The notes under the pieces: generated by a model
The model's database searches: none
Told to the model about the DNA's origin: nothing
The model's input: the letters and a program-made list of their open reading frames with translations, nothing else
In this document: positions 1 through 12,396 of the stretch, piece after piece
Layout of the letters: each line of letters starts with the position of its first letter
Numbering within the stretch: the stretch's first letter is position 1
NCBI GenBank assembly: GCA_964016885.1
Contig: OZ024742.1
Location: 90,210,001 to 90,274,000 of the forward strand
Origin: Eledone cirrhosa
Lineage: Eukaryota
Reading direction: 5' to 3'
DNA: 64,000 bases
Translations under genes and position numbers: made by a program

Positions 1-539
1 TGTACTTGTCAATTTCTAGATTTCCTTGATTTAATTATCCTGAGTTTGCAGATAACTAGATGGTGATTAATTGACAGCTTAGCTCATCAAACTTTTTAGC
101 ACTAACCTCCAGTGCAGAATCGAGGAGACCAAAGACAATAAATATGGATTACTCACTTCTGTCTAGATTTCGCTTATATATATCGTTGTGCTAGAGAAGG
201 GTTTTCATAATAGTGTTTAACATCGAAACAATACTCAATTTTCAATATTTCAATTACTGCTTGTCAGCAAGTCTATATTTCACTGATGTTTTTATATATG
301 TTTTGCACACATATACACAGTGCTTTACACGTTATGTATGTGCATAGATGTCTACCTCAGTGTATATACGTGAACACGGTAGCTGTGTATATCTTTATGC
401 ACATGGAATCTTAGGCTTATTTCTGAACTCATATCATGCCAAAGCGAGATCCCAGATGTTCATGCAGATGATTAAGTTCAATTACTATATCTCAGATACT
501 TCGGGTATGATTTCAATATAAAATAGCTGAATGATGAGA

Positions 540-1135
540 CAGGACACTAACCAAGCGTGACTGGGGGAATTGTGGCAACTGTTGATGCAAAGCAAGTAAA
601 ATTAATCGCTACGATAAAAAGGGTACGATCAATTAACATCGAAGTGGGTGAAGAAACATCTGCATGGCAAATATGTTGCCCGTAGCAAAAAGCTGATGTT
701 GATTGTGTTGACTAGAGGTACCTATATCAAAGACTGCACCCATCTAATGGCTAGAGGCACAGAGTGAGGGCTTCATCTTAGCTGCCCAAAATTAAGTTAA
801 GTGTCGATTCTGAAATGATGCGATTTGTGGTCCACTTAATCTCTGCATGTAAAGTTTTAGCATCAGTAGCATTTAAATCAAGGCATGACAAAGATTGCCA
901 ATATTTACACTGGTTAATATGTCGGAGTTATCAAATCAAACCTGACGAGTAGTAAAAGTATTGACTTGATGGTATAACTGAGGGAGAAAATGTAACGATT
1001 ATTTGCGACTTTCCTGTACATACAGATAGGACAGTCAAGGCTAACAAACCGGATATTATTGTAAATAAACAACATAACGCAGTGTGTTTATTGATTGATA
1101 TGAGCTTCCCATGTCTCATTGTATACATTGGTAAC
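540..1135 (+). mobile_element. Degenerate C-terminal fragment of an R4/NeSL-type non-LTR retrotransposon (zinc knuckle + restriction-like endonuclease); copies at ~7816-8411 and ~15253-15848
   Basis: Manual translation: EGFILAAQ...VHLISACKVLA...SRHDK...LHWLIC...DFPVHTDRTVKANKPDIIV...CLLIDMSFP, matching RHD and PD-(D/E) motifs of RLE elements; stops and frameshifts present. Confidence 0.8.
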
Positions 1136-1185
1136 CCAGTTAACACAACATATTGCTTAAATTTACAGCTTAAAATATATACACA

Positions 1186-1328
1186 AATATTCAGATCTAG
1201 CTGTCGAAACGGCCGCAGCTCAGCCGTCGGGTCCTGACTCTTTTCTTATTACCCACTCTACTACCCTAAGTATTGAGTACTCTGGTGCGTTATGGTCCAC
1301 CTGCTATCTTACCACACCTTATTTGTTC
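1186..1328 (+). mobile_element. Short pLTR-like terminal fragment; copies in each tandem unit and related pieces at 54611-54750 (-) and 54888-54985
   Basis: gtcgaaacggc..agctcagccgtcgggtcc...acccactctactacc...gcgttatggtccacctg is the reverse complement of 54611-54750; contains a stem + GAAAC remnant and ends next to CA/TA repeats. Confidence 0.5.
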
Positions 1329-1387
1329 TTTATACGCACACATACACACTAACACACACATATATATATATATATATATACACACAC

Positions 1388-1433
<46 letters not shown>

Positions 1434-1493
1434 ATATATATATATATAGTAATAAATGTAAAATATATCACTATAGCATCATATTTATTTCAT

Positions 1494-1678
1494 TGGATTG
1501 GCAGTATCGGTAGAGGGTCGGACGCCATGCTTTGACGCATAGAGTTACGGCCCTTTCCATTCTGAGTTCAAAGCCCGCCGAGGTCAACTTTGCCTTTCAT
1601 CCTTACGGGGTCGATAACATAAAGTACCAGTAATGTAATGGGTACTTGCTGGCCTTGTGCCAAAGATAGAAACAATTA
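1494..1678 (+). mobile_element. tRNA-derived SINE; copies at 8934-9118 and 16377-16561
   Basis: A-box-like tggcagtatcgg, B-box gagttcaaagcc, central gcctttcatccttacggggtcgataa, 3' ggccttgtgccaaa..gaaacaatta; many copies in window. Confidence 0.9.
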
Positions 1679-2233
1679 TATATATTTCAAGGATACTAGT
1701 TTATAGTATGCTTTCATCAGATAAAATATAATATATGATGTATCAGATAGTGACATGCCCCCAAAATAGACCTCATACGGTCAAATTAAAATGCGCAGGT
1801 GATTTAAAATTTCAAAATTTCTTAGGATGTAAATTAATTGAGAGAGAGATTGCTTTGTAGAGCGTTCATTATGAACATAACTCTGCTGAAAACTTGTCAA
1901 CAAAGCATATAACTCGTTGTTTATATATATATATATAAGTAATAACACAACAGTTAGTTCACCATACCGAGAAAAATGTTTCACCTTAGCGGATCTTCAG
2001 CTCGGACTATTCATGGTTAAACGGAACAGGAAGAACAGACGTATGAACGCGCATGCGCAGAAACGGTCATTACACCCAAGCGATACAAATCCACGGGCGA
2101 AAGTCCGGAAAAGATGTTCGAGTTGATTAGAAAATTAGAATGTTTTTGTTATTCAATCCGGAGCTTTGTAGTTATGCAAGATGTGTTTCCAGACATGTGG
2201 ACAACGTGAGAATATTCCATTTTTGATATTAGG

Positions 2234-4714
2234 TTAGTGTTAGTGGGATGAGTGAGTGTGGAGAAAGGGTTTGGGTGGAGCGGGGAGAGAAGAGTGTGGG
2301 GGTCGATGGAGGGAGTGTGGTGTACTGGTGTGTGTGTAGTTTGATGAAGAGGGTGTTAGTGGGTGTTAGTATACGGGAGGTGGAGAAAGGGTTGAATGCA
2401 GGTGTGAGTGGGGGTTAGTGTTGGTAGGGTGTGTAGAGTTGGTGGTGTACGAGGGTGTGTGGGTACGTGTGCGTGGGGTTGGGGGTGTTAGTGATGTTAG
2501 TTGCGTGTGGGGTGGGTGGTGTAAGTGGGTGCGTGTGTTCGTGTGCTTGGGGTCAGGCGGTGTTAGTGATGTTAGTTGCGGGGTGGTGGGATGGATGTGT
2601 GGGGGTGAGGGTTAGTGGTGGTAGTAGGGTGTGTGTTTAGTGTGAGCGCGTGTATATATGTGCCGGTGGGTGTGTGCGTGTGATAAGGAGGGGGGAGGAG
2701 AAGAAGGGAGGGATGTTAGTATGTTAGTTGGGGAAGGGTGGTCGGATGAGAGGCGGAGTGGAGGTGTTAGTATTGTTATTTGTGGGGTGGGCGGTGAAAA
2801 GGAGGGGTGTGTTAGTGGGGGATATATGTGTGGGGGGGGCGAAGGCTAAAGGAATAAGGGTGGGGACTTCAGGCCGGGGGTAGTGTGGGTCTGTAAGATG
2901 AAGATGGTTCTTTGTTCAACTCTGAGGAGATTGGAGGGTGTCCCGTGGCATTGGAGTAGGCCACAGACTGTGAGATGGCGTGCGGAATGTCCAGAGGCAC
3001 CAAAGTGGCGGGCGTTGGGGGAACTACCACCGAGACGAATATCCCGGAGGTGCTCAGTGAATAGGTCCGCCAGGCGACGTCCCGTCTGTCCGACGTAAGT
3101 CGGCCAGCACTCCGTGCAGCGAACTCCGTAGACTAGGTTGGAGGAGGTGCAGTGGAAGGCATGCCGGACAGAGAGAGAGTGGCCGTTGGGACCCTGGAAG
3201 GTGGTGGTGTTGGTGATGTGGGGACAGGTGTTGCAGCGGGGCCTGGAACAGTGAAAGGAACCGGGGGGGAAAGAGCGTGGGTTGAGGGTAGGGAGCTGTG
3301 GACGAGGAGGTTGGTGAGATTGCGTGCGCGTTTGAAGGAAAGGAGTGGTGGGGTTGGGAAGATGTGGGAGGTGGAGGGGTCGGACTGGAGGCGTCCGAAG
3401 AGGCGGCCGATGGTGCGGTGGAGGGGTAAGATGGAGGAGTGGTAGGTGATGGGGAAGGGGAGACGGTGGGTGTGTGGGAGGTGGCGTGGGGTGAGGGTGG
3501 TGGAGCGGTGGACAGCACGGGCGCGGGGGGGGGGGGTAACCTCTGTGGATGAAATGGCTGACTAGGGAAAGGGCCTGGGACTCGAAGTCAGCATCTCGGC
3601 TACAGAGGCGGCGGATCCTGAGGAGTTGGGAGTAGGGAATAGAGTGTTTAGTGTGTGTGGGGTGGGAAGAGGTGAAGTCGAGGTAAGAGTGGGAGTCGGT
3701 GGGTTTGAAGAAGGCGGAGGTGACGAGGGAGTGGTGGGAGGGGTCGAAGGCGACGGAGATGTCTAAGAAGTGGACGTGGGTGGTGGAGATAGAGGTGGTG
3801 AAGTGGAGGGAAGGGTGGAAGGAGCAGAAGAAGGAGAGAAAGGAGTCGAGCTGTTCTCGGGTGAGGGTAGTGGCTCCGATACAGTCGTCAATGTAACGAC
3901 CGTACAGTTCGGGCGTGGGGCCGGTGTACTGGGCAAAGATTTGGGCCTCAACATGGCCAACAAAAAGGTTGGCATAGTTCAGGCCCATTCTTGTACCCAT
4001 GGCTACCCCCGTGACCTGTTGGTAAAACTCACCCGAGAAGGAGAAACAATTGAGGGTGAGGACCAGCTCGGCGAGCCGAAGGAGGGTGGGGTGAAGGGAA
4101 TGGGGGAGGGGCGAAGGTCGAGGTAGTGTTTGAGGGCGCGTAGGCCGTCGGCGTGGGGGATGACGGTATAGAGGGACTTGATGTCTAGGGTGAAGAGGAA
4201 GGGCTGTGGGCCGGGTGGGTAGGTGAAGGAGTCGAAAAGTCGCAGGGCGTGGTTGGTGTCGGAGGTGTCGGAGGGGAGGGTGGTGACAAGGGGGGCGAGG
4301 ATGGAGTCGAGAAAGGCGAAGATGAGTTCGGTGGGGCAGTTGCAAGCGGAGACGATGGGGCGGCCGGGTTTGTCGGGTTTGTGGAGTTTGGGGAGGAAGT
4401 AGATGGTGGGGGTGCGGGGGGTGCGGACGATGAGGTGGCAAGCGGTGGGGGGGTGAAGAGACAAGGTGTTGGATGGTTGAGGAAACTTGTTGTTGGTAGA
4501 GGAGTGTGGGATCGGAGGGTAGAGGGCGGTAGAAGAGGGGGTTACAGAGCTGCCTGAGGGCTTCGGCCGTGTAGAGGTCCGCGCGCCACACCACCACGGA
4601 GCCTCCCTTGTCCGCCGGTTTGATGACGATGTCATCTCGGCTACGGAGGGAGCGGAGAGCGAGGAGTTCGTACTCGCACCACCAACAACTCAAACGAAGA
4701 CGGGTGAGTTGCAT
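2234..4714 (-). mobile_element. 5'-truncated Penelope-like retroelement, Neptune-type (RT + GIY-YIG), frameshifted, with C-rich 3' UTR
   Basis: Motifs across ORFs 2846-4714 and 4003-4635: KPADKGG, LPKLHKP..GRPIVS, DIKSLYT, GVAMGTRMG, RYIDD, FLDI, KPTDSHSYL, CSRPRCNTC, LVYGVRC..YVGQTGR. Confidence 0.95.
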
Positions 4715-4792
4715 TACGTCGAGTTCTCTCCCTAATATTACATCAAGGTTGACTATACGGAATGACCAGTTCTACCCAGTGGTGAACCAACA

Positions 4793-4852
<60 letters not shown>

Positions 4853-4910
4853 AAAAGGTATGATCCTTTGTTATATATATATATAGGTAAGTTATTTATT
4901 TTGGAAAGCC

Positions 4911-4961
4911 AGATTCCTGATGATTTCTAAAGAATGAAACAGTTCTAGTCCTGTAGAATCT
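4911..4961 (+). ncRNA. Type I hammerhead ribozyme motif
   Basis: AGATTC-CTGATGA-T-TTC-TAAA-GAA-T-GAAA-CAG-TTCTAGTC-CTG-TA-GAATCT: 6 bp stem I, intact core, short stem II, 4 bp stem III, GUA cleavage triplet. Confidence 0.85.
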
Positions 4962-5304
4962 CATATATATATATATATATATACGCGTGTCTGTGTATGC
5001 AATGTGTATGTTATATATGTATATATGTAGTTTTCCTATGTATTTATGTTCGATGTTATATATTTGTTTTGTTTTATCGTGTATAAATATAAATCTGCCT
5101 AAGTATTGCTGAATGATTTATGGGTATGTAAGTAATAGAATGTTTGTGCCTATTCGGGATTAGATGTACGTCCCTTTTTTATTGTGTATTTCTCTTTGTT
5201 TTTATATTCTTCTCTGTGTTTGCGCTCGTTTGCGTTTCTTTGTATTTTCTTCCTTCGATTAATGGCTGTAAATGAATTCTCTATATTGATTTGTATAAGA
5301 AAAA

Positions 5305-7420
5305 ATGTTTCTTCATCTTCTTCACTCATATATCCATGGTGACATCATGCAGGTAGTATCTTCAAACACTTTCCGGGGTCCAAAAAGTTGCAAACATTTT
5401 CACGTGATCCAGCTAGATTCCCATGTGAAACTACGCGATCTCATGAATACTATCAAAACATCTTGCTTGAGGTCTACCTCTGGATCACCTCCCTATTGAT
5501 GTGGCCCGCACAATCTAACCATATGTTCGTAGTTCGGGCGCTGTGATCTTCCGATGCGGTGAAGTTTGAGCGAATTTCCGATCTCCGAACTACGCAGCCT
5601 ATCCAGTCATTAATCAAGATCCATGACCATAGGAAGGTTTAAGCACGAACACCGAATTGAAGATAGCAAGTGTAGCCTTTCACGTACCTCGTGTACCTTC
5701 TGATGACCACGTCTAGAAGATGGCGCATTATTGCAACAGCTTGTGCAATTCTTCCATTAAATTCAGCCTCCAGTCATCTATCAATCGTGAAAATGGGTCC
5801 GAGATACTTGAACGAATCCACCTACTTCAGTGTAATTCCTTTCACATGCTTAACATACTACGCAGATTTATTCATTTCTGTCCGAGAGCAATCGACTGCA
5901 AGGCTATCCTGTGCATATTGGAGAGTAGCTTCCGGCGAGATATGTAACAGTAAGTGGACTGCAAATATCAGCTACTGATCCTACACTCACCGGTTTTGAT
6001 ATCACTTCCAGCCCAGCTGCACATGTCAATCATGTTCATAAAGATTATGAACATGTGAGGTGATAATACGCACGCTTAATAGAGTCCGACTTCCACATTG
6101 AATGGATTCGACTAATCTCCATTTATCAGAACACAAATAATAGGGCATTTGCATGAAATTCAAGGCAATACGCTGTTCTCAAATGAATACTCTTTTTAGA
6201 AACTTTAATAACACATTCCGTGGAAGTCTAACCATTAACATTTCGAGGTCCATACATTTCTAGGCAACATTCCTACGATTCCTCGAAGACCTACTGCAGT
6301 ATAAATATTTAGTCGGCTGGCTATGCTATGTCTGCGGTGAAAGCCTCACTGTTCGCCAGCTAATTTGAACTCAACAATACTCCTTTATCTATTTGCCAGC
6401 CATTTAGCATAGACTTTACATGAGCAGCTTAACAAGGAGATTCCTCTTTAATTAGAGCAATCCCTTTTTTTATTTACCATTTTTGAAAATTGGAATTATC
6501 ACTCCCGACAGCAATACTTTGGTACCTATTAAGATATCCAGGATACCCCGAAGAAACGAGTCACTCAGAACACACCTTCTCTATTTAAGATTTTTAACAT
6601 CTCGGACTGAATTTTATCGCCCCCAGAGGACATGCTACATTTAAGTTCTTTAATTGCTCTACTGACTTCAACCATCGTGATGCACCACATATACATCAGA
6701 AGATGCTTAGCGGGCCAAACTTAGAAGTTCAATAAACTATTCTCTCTAACTCGTGAGGGTACAGCTCTCTTCAGGGAGCAGAGCCCCATGCGAGTTCCTG
6801 ATGGCAGATGTGGAGGGGGATGTCTAAATATGAAGTCGGTGTATTGTCTGCCAGAAATATTTCATTTAGTAATCTAAAGTCGGATTCCAACTTAACTCCC
6901 GGGTCTTCCTTAACCACTTAGCCTTGAATGCCTTTACTATCACTGTTCCGACCTTTCTTACCTGCTTGTACTCGGAGTGCAAGAAGGAAGATTTATTTCC
7001 AAGCCAAGCTTTGTCAGCCTTTTTCATTACCCGATTGGAACCTTTAAACATCTGATTGACCAAGAATTCTTCTAGCCACCTAGAACCAAACAGAGCCGTT
7101 TTCATCTGCATAATGTAATAGCTGAAATGGACACAGGCGGGATGAACAGTCAGCACTCAGTTTCAAGTTCCTCTGTTTGTTCAGGGAGTTCTCTGGATTT
7201 GGATGCAATATCACCCGCATACCTGGTTGACACCTCAACATCAGTCAGTCAGCGGTTCTTCCTTTCAACTGTAGGTTGTACTTGTCAATTTCTAGATTTC
7301 CTTGATTTAATTATCCTGAGTTTGCAGATAACTAGATGGTGATTAATTGACAGCTTAGCTCATCAAACTTTTTAGCACTAACCTCCAGTGCAGAATCGAG
7401 GAGACCAAAGACAATAAATA
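5305..7420 (-). mobile_element. Degenerate RTE-clade LINE ORF (end of AP endonuclease + RT); copies at ~12742-14857 and 1-145
   Basis: Minus-strand remnants LSINHHLVICKLRI, EVSRAIKELK..SSGGDKI..EMLK, RGISLLSCSCKVYAK, EQ*GF, CVLSPHMFIIFMN, LIFA; many stops. Confidence 0.75.
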
Positions 7421-8667
7421 TGGATTACTCACTTCTGTCTAGATTTCGCTTATATATATCGTTGTGCTAGAGAAGGGTTTTCATAATAGTGTTTAACATC
7501 GAAACAATACTCAATTTTCAATATTTCAATTACTGCTTGTCAGCAAGTCTATATTTCACTGATGTTTTTATATATGTTTTGCACACATATACACAGTGCT
7601 TTACACGTTATGTATGTGCATAGATGTCTACCTCAGTGTATATACGTGAACACGGTAGCTGTGTATATCTTTATGCACATGGAATCTTAGGCTTATTTCT
7701 GAACTCATATCATGCCAAAGCGAGATCACAGATGTTCATGCAGATGATTAAGTTCAATTGCTATATCTCAGATACTTCGGGTATGATTTCAATATAAAAT
7801 AGCTGAATGATGAGACAGGACACTAACCAAGCGTGACTGGGGGAATTGTGGCAACTGTTGATGCAAAGCAAGTAAAATTAATCGCTACGATAAAAAGGGT
7901 ACGATCAATTAACATCGAAGTGGGTGAAGAAACATCTGCATGGCAAATATGTTGCCCGTAGCAAAAAGCTGATGTTGATTGTGTTGACTAGAGGTACCCA
8001 TATCAAAGACTGCACCCACCTAATGGCTAGAGGCACAGAGTGAGGGCTTCATCTTAGCTGCCCAAAATTAAGTTAAGTGTCGATTCTGAAATGATGCGAT
8101 TTGTGGTCCACTTAATCTCTGCATGTAAAGTTTTAGCATCAGTAGCATTTAAATCAAGGCATGACAAAGATTGCCAATATTTACACTGGTTAATATGTCG
8201 GAGTTATCAAATCAAACCTGACAAGTAGAAAAAGCATTGACTTGATGGTATAACTGAGGGAGAAAATGTAACGATTATTTGCGACTTTCCTGTACATACA
8301 GATAGGACAGTCAAGGCTAACAAACCGGATATTATTGTAAATAAACAACATAACGCAGTGTGTTTATTGATTGATATGAGCTTCCCATGTCTCATTGTAT
8401 ACATTGGTAACCCAGTTAACACAACATATTGCTTAAATTTACAGCTTAAAATATATACACAAATATTCAGATCTAGCTGTCGAAACGGCCGCAGCTCAGC
8501 CGTCGGGTCCTGACTCTTTTCTTATTACCCACTCTACTACCCTAAGTATTGAGTACTCTGGTGCGTTATGGTCCACCTGCTATCTTACCACACCTTATTT
8601 GTTCTTTATACGCACACATACACACTAACACACACATATATATATATATATATATACATACACACAC

Positions 8668-8713
<46 letters not shown>

Positions 8714-8767
8714 ATATATATATATATGTGTACACACACGTGTATATATATATATATATGTGTGTGT

Positions 8768-8876
<109 letters not shown>

Positions 8877-9673
8877 CATATATATATAGTAATAAATGTA
8901 AAATATATCACTATAGCATCATATTTATTTCATTGGATTGGCAGTATCGGTAGAGGGTCGGACGCCATGCTTTGACGCATAGAGTTACGGCCCTTTCGAT
9001 TCTGAGTTCAAAGCCCGCCGAGGTCAACTTTGCCTTTCATCCTTACGGGGTCGATAACATAAAGTACCGGTAATGTAATGGGTAATTGCTGGCCTTGTGC
9101 CAAAGATAGAAACAATTATATATATTTCAAGGATACTAGTTTATAGTATGCTTTCATCAGATAAAATATAATATATGATGTATCAGATAGTGACATGCCC
9201 CCAAAATAGACCTCATACGGTCAAATTAAAATGCGCAGGTGATTTAATATTTCAAAATATCTTAGGATGTAAATTAATTGAGAGAGAGATTGCTTTGTAG
9301 AGCGTTCATTATGAACATAACTCTGCTGAAAACTTGTCAACAAAGCATATAACTCGTTGTTTATATATATATATATAAGTAATAACACAACAGTTAGTTC
9401 ACCATACCGAGAAAAATGTTTCACATTAGCGGATCTTCAGCTCGGACTATTCATGGTTAAACGGAACAGGAAGAACAGACGTATGAACGCGCATGCGCAG
9501 AAACGGTCATTACACCAAAGCGATACAAATCCACGGGCGAAAGTCCGGAAAAGATGTTCGAGTTGATTAGAAAATTAGAATGTTTTTGTTATTCAATCCG
9601 GAGCATTGTAGTTATGCAAGATGTGTTTCCAGACATGTGGACAACGTGAGAATATTCCATTTTTGATATTAGG

Positions 9674-12159
9674 TTAGTGTTAGTGGGATGAGTGAGTGTG
9701 GAGAAAGGGTTTGGGTGGAGCGGGGAGAGAAGAGTGTGGGGGTCGATGGAGGGAGTGTGGTGTACTGGTGTGTGTGTAGTTTGATGAAGAGGGTGTTAGT
9801 GGGTGTTAGTATACGGGAGGTGGAGAAAGGGTTGAATGCAGGTGTGAGTGGGGGTTAGTGTTGGTAGGGTGTGTAGAGTTGGTGGTGTACGAGGGTGTGT
9901 GGGTACGTGTGCGTGGGGTTGGGGTGTTAGTGATGTTATTTGCGTGTGGGGTGGGTGGTGTAAATGGGTGCGTGTGTTCGTGTGCTTGGGGTCAGGCGGT
10001 GTTAGTGATGTTAGTTGCGGGGTGGTGGGATGGATGTGTGGGGGTGAGGGTTAGTGGTGGTAGTAGGGTGTGTGTTTAGTGTGAGCGCATGTATATATGT
10101 GCCGGTGGGTGTGTGCGTGTGATAAGGAGGGGGGGGGGAGAAGAAGGGAGGGATGTTAGTATGTTAGTTGGGGAAGGGTGGTCGGATGAGAGGCGGAGTG
10201 GAGGTGTTAGTATTGTTATTTGTGGGGTGGGCGGTTTAAAGGAGGGGTGTGTTAGTGGGGGATATATGTGTGTGTGGGGGGGGGCGAAGGCTAAAGGAAT
10301 AAGGGTGGGGACTTCAGGCCGGGGGTAGTGTGGGTCTGTAAGATGAAGATGGTTCTTTGTTCAACTCTGAGGAGATTGGAGGGTGTCCCGTGGCATTGGA
10401 GTAGGCCACAGACTGTGAGATGGCGTGCGGAATGTCCAGAGGCACCAAAGTGGCGGGCGTTGGGGGAACTACCACCGAGACGAATATCCCGGAGGTGCTC
10501 AGTGAATAGGTCCGCCAGGCGACGTCCCGTCTGTCCGACATAAGTCGGGCTGCACTCCGTGCAGCGAGCTCCGTAGACTAGGTTGGAGGAGGTGCAGTGG
10601 AAGGCATGCCGGACAGAGAGAGAGTGGCCGTTGGGACCCTGGAAGGTGGTGGTGTTGGTGATGTGGGGACAGGTGTTGCAGCGGGGCTTGGAACAGTGAA
10701 AGGAACCGGGGGGGAAAGAGCGTGGGTTGAGGGTAGGGAGCTGTGGACGAGCAGGTTGCGGAGATTGCGTGCGCGTTTGAAGGAAAGGAGTGGTGGGGTT
10801 GGGAAGATGTGGGAGGTGGAGGGGTCGGACTGGAGGCGTCCGAAGAGGCGGCGGATGGTGCGGTGGAGGGGTAAGATGGAGGAGTGGTGGGTGATGGGGA
10901 AGGGGAGACGGTGGGTGTGTGTGCGGTGGCGTGGGGTGAGGGTGGTGGAGCGGTGGACAGCACGGGCGCGGGGGGGGAGGTAACCTCTGCGGATGAAATG
11001 GCTGACTAGGGAAAGGGCCTGGGACTCGAAGTCAGCATCTCGGCTACAGAGGCGGCGGATCCTGAGGAGTTGGGAGTAGGGAATAGAGTGTTTAGTGTGT
11101 GTGGGGTGGGAAGAGGTGAAGTCGAGGTAAGAGTGGGAGTCGGTGGGTTTGAAGAAGGCGGAGGTGACGAGGGAGTGGTGGGAGGGGTCGAAGGCGACGG
11201 AGATGTCTAAGAAGTGGACGTGGGTGGTGGAGATAGAGGTGGTGAAGTGGAGGGAAGGGTGGAAGGAGCAGAAGAAGGAGAGAAAGGAGTCGAGCTGTTC
11301 TCGGGTGAGGGTAGTGGCTCCGATACAGTCGTCAATGTAACGACCGTACAGTTCGGGCGTGGGGCCGGTGTACTGGGCAAAGATTTGGGCCTCAACATGG
11401 CCAACAAAAAGGTTGGCATAGTTCAGGCCCATTCTTGTACCCATGGCTACCCCCGTGACCTGTTGGTAAAACTCACCCGAGAAGGAGAAACAATTGAGGG
11501 TGAGGACCAGCTCGGCGAGGCGAAGGAGGGTAGGGTGAAGGGAATGGGGGAGGGGCGAAGGTCGAGGTAGTGTTTGAGGGCGCGTAGGCCGTCGGCGTGG
11601 GGGATGACGGTATAGAGGGACTTGATGTCTAGGGTGAAGAGGAAGGGCTCTGGGCCGGGTGGGTAGGTGAAGGAGTCGAAAAGTCGCAGGGCGTGGTTGG
11701 TGTCGGAGGTGTCGGAGGGGAGGGTGGTGACAAGGGGGGCGAGGATGGAGTCGAGAAAGGCGAAGATGAGTTCGGTGGGGCAGTTGCAAGCGGAGACGAT
11801 GGGGCGGCCGGGGTTGTCGGGTTTGTGGAGTTTGGGGAGGAAGTAGATGGTGGGGGTGCGGGGGGTGCGGACGATGATGTGGCAAGCGGTGGGAGGGGGG
11901 AAGAGACAAGGTGTTGGATGGTTGAGGAAACTTGTTGTTGGTAGAGGGGTGTGGGATCGGAGGGTAGAGGGCGGTAGAAGAGGGTGTTACAGAGCTGCCT
12001 GAGGGCTTCGGCCGTGTAGAGGTCCGCGCGCCACACCACCACGGAGCCTCCCTTGTCCGCCGGTTTGATGACGATGTCATCTCGGCTACGGAGGGAGCGG
12101 AGAGCGAGGAGTTCGTACTCGCACCACCAACAACTCAAACGAAGACGGGTGAGTTGCAT
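9674..12159 (-). mobile_element. Second copy of the Neptune-type Penelope-like element
   Basis: Near-identical to 2234-4714; same RT/GIY-YIG motifs, frameshifts differ at G-runs. Confidence 0.95.
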
Positions 12160-12237
12160 TACGTCGAGTTCTCTCCCTAATATTACATCAAGGTTGACTA
12201 TACGGAATGACCAGTTCTACCCAGTGGTGAACCAACA

Positions 12238-12287
<50 letters not shown>

Positions 12288-12345
12288 AAAAGGTATGATC
12301 CTTCGTTATATATATATATAGGTAAGTTATTTATTTTGGAAAGCC

Positions 12346-12396
12346 AGATTCCTGATGATTTCTAAAGAATGAAACAGTTCTAGTCCTGTAGAATCT
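12346..12396 (+). ncRNA. Type I hammerhead ribozyme motif (copy of 4911-4961)
   Basis: Identical 51-nt sequence in the second tandem unit. Confidence 0.85.

Noticed and set aside
1494-1678. tRNA gene
   Set aside because: A and B boxes belong to a SINE head; no cloverleaf and followed by SINE body.
2418-4557. Many G/V/E-rich plus-strand ORFs and P/S/T-rich alternative-frame ORFs
   Set aside because: Shadow frames of the GC-skewed Penelope element.
2846-4714. 622-aa ORF as an intact RT
   Set aside because: Switches frame twice into P/H/R-rich sequence; RT motifs 1-3 lie in another frame and the N-terminus is missing.
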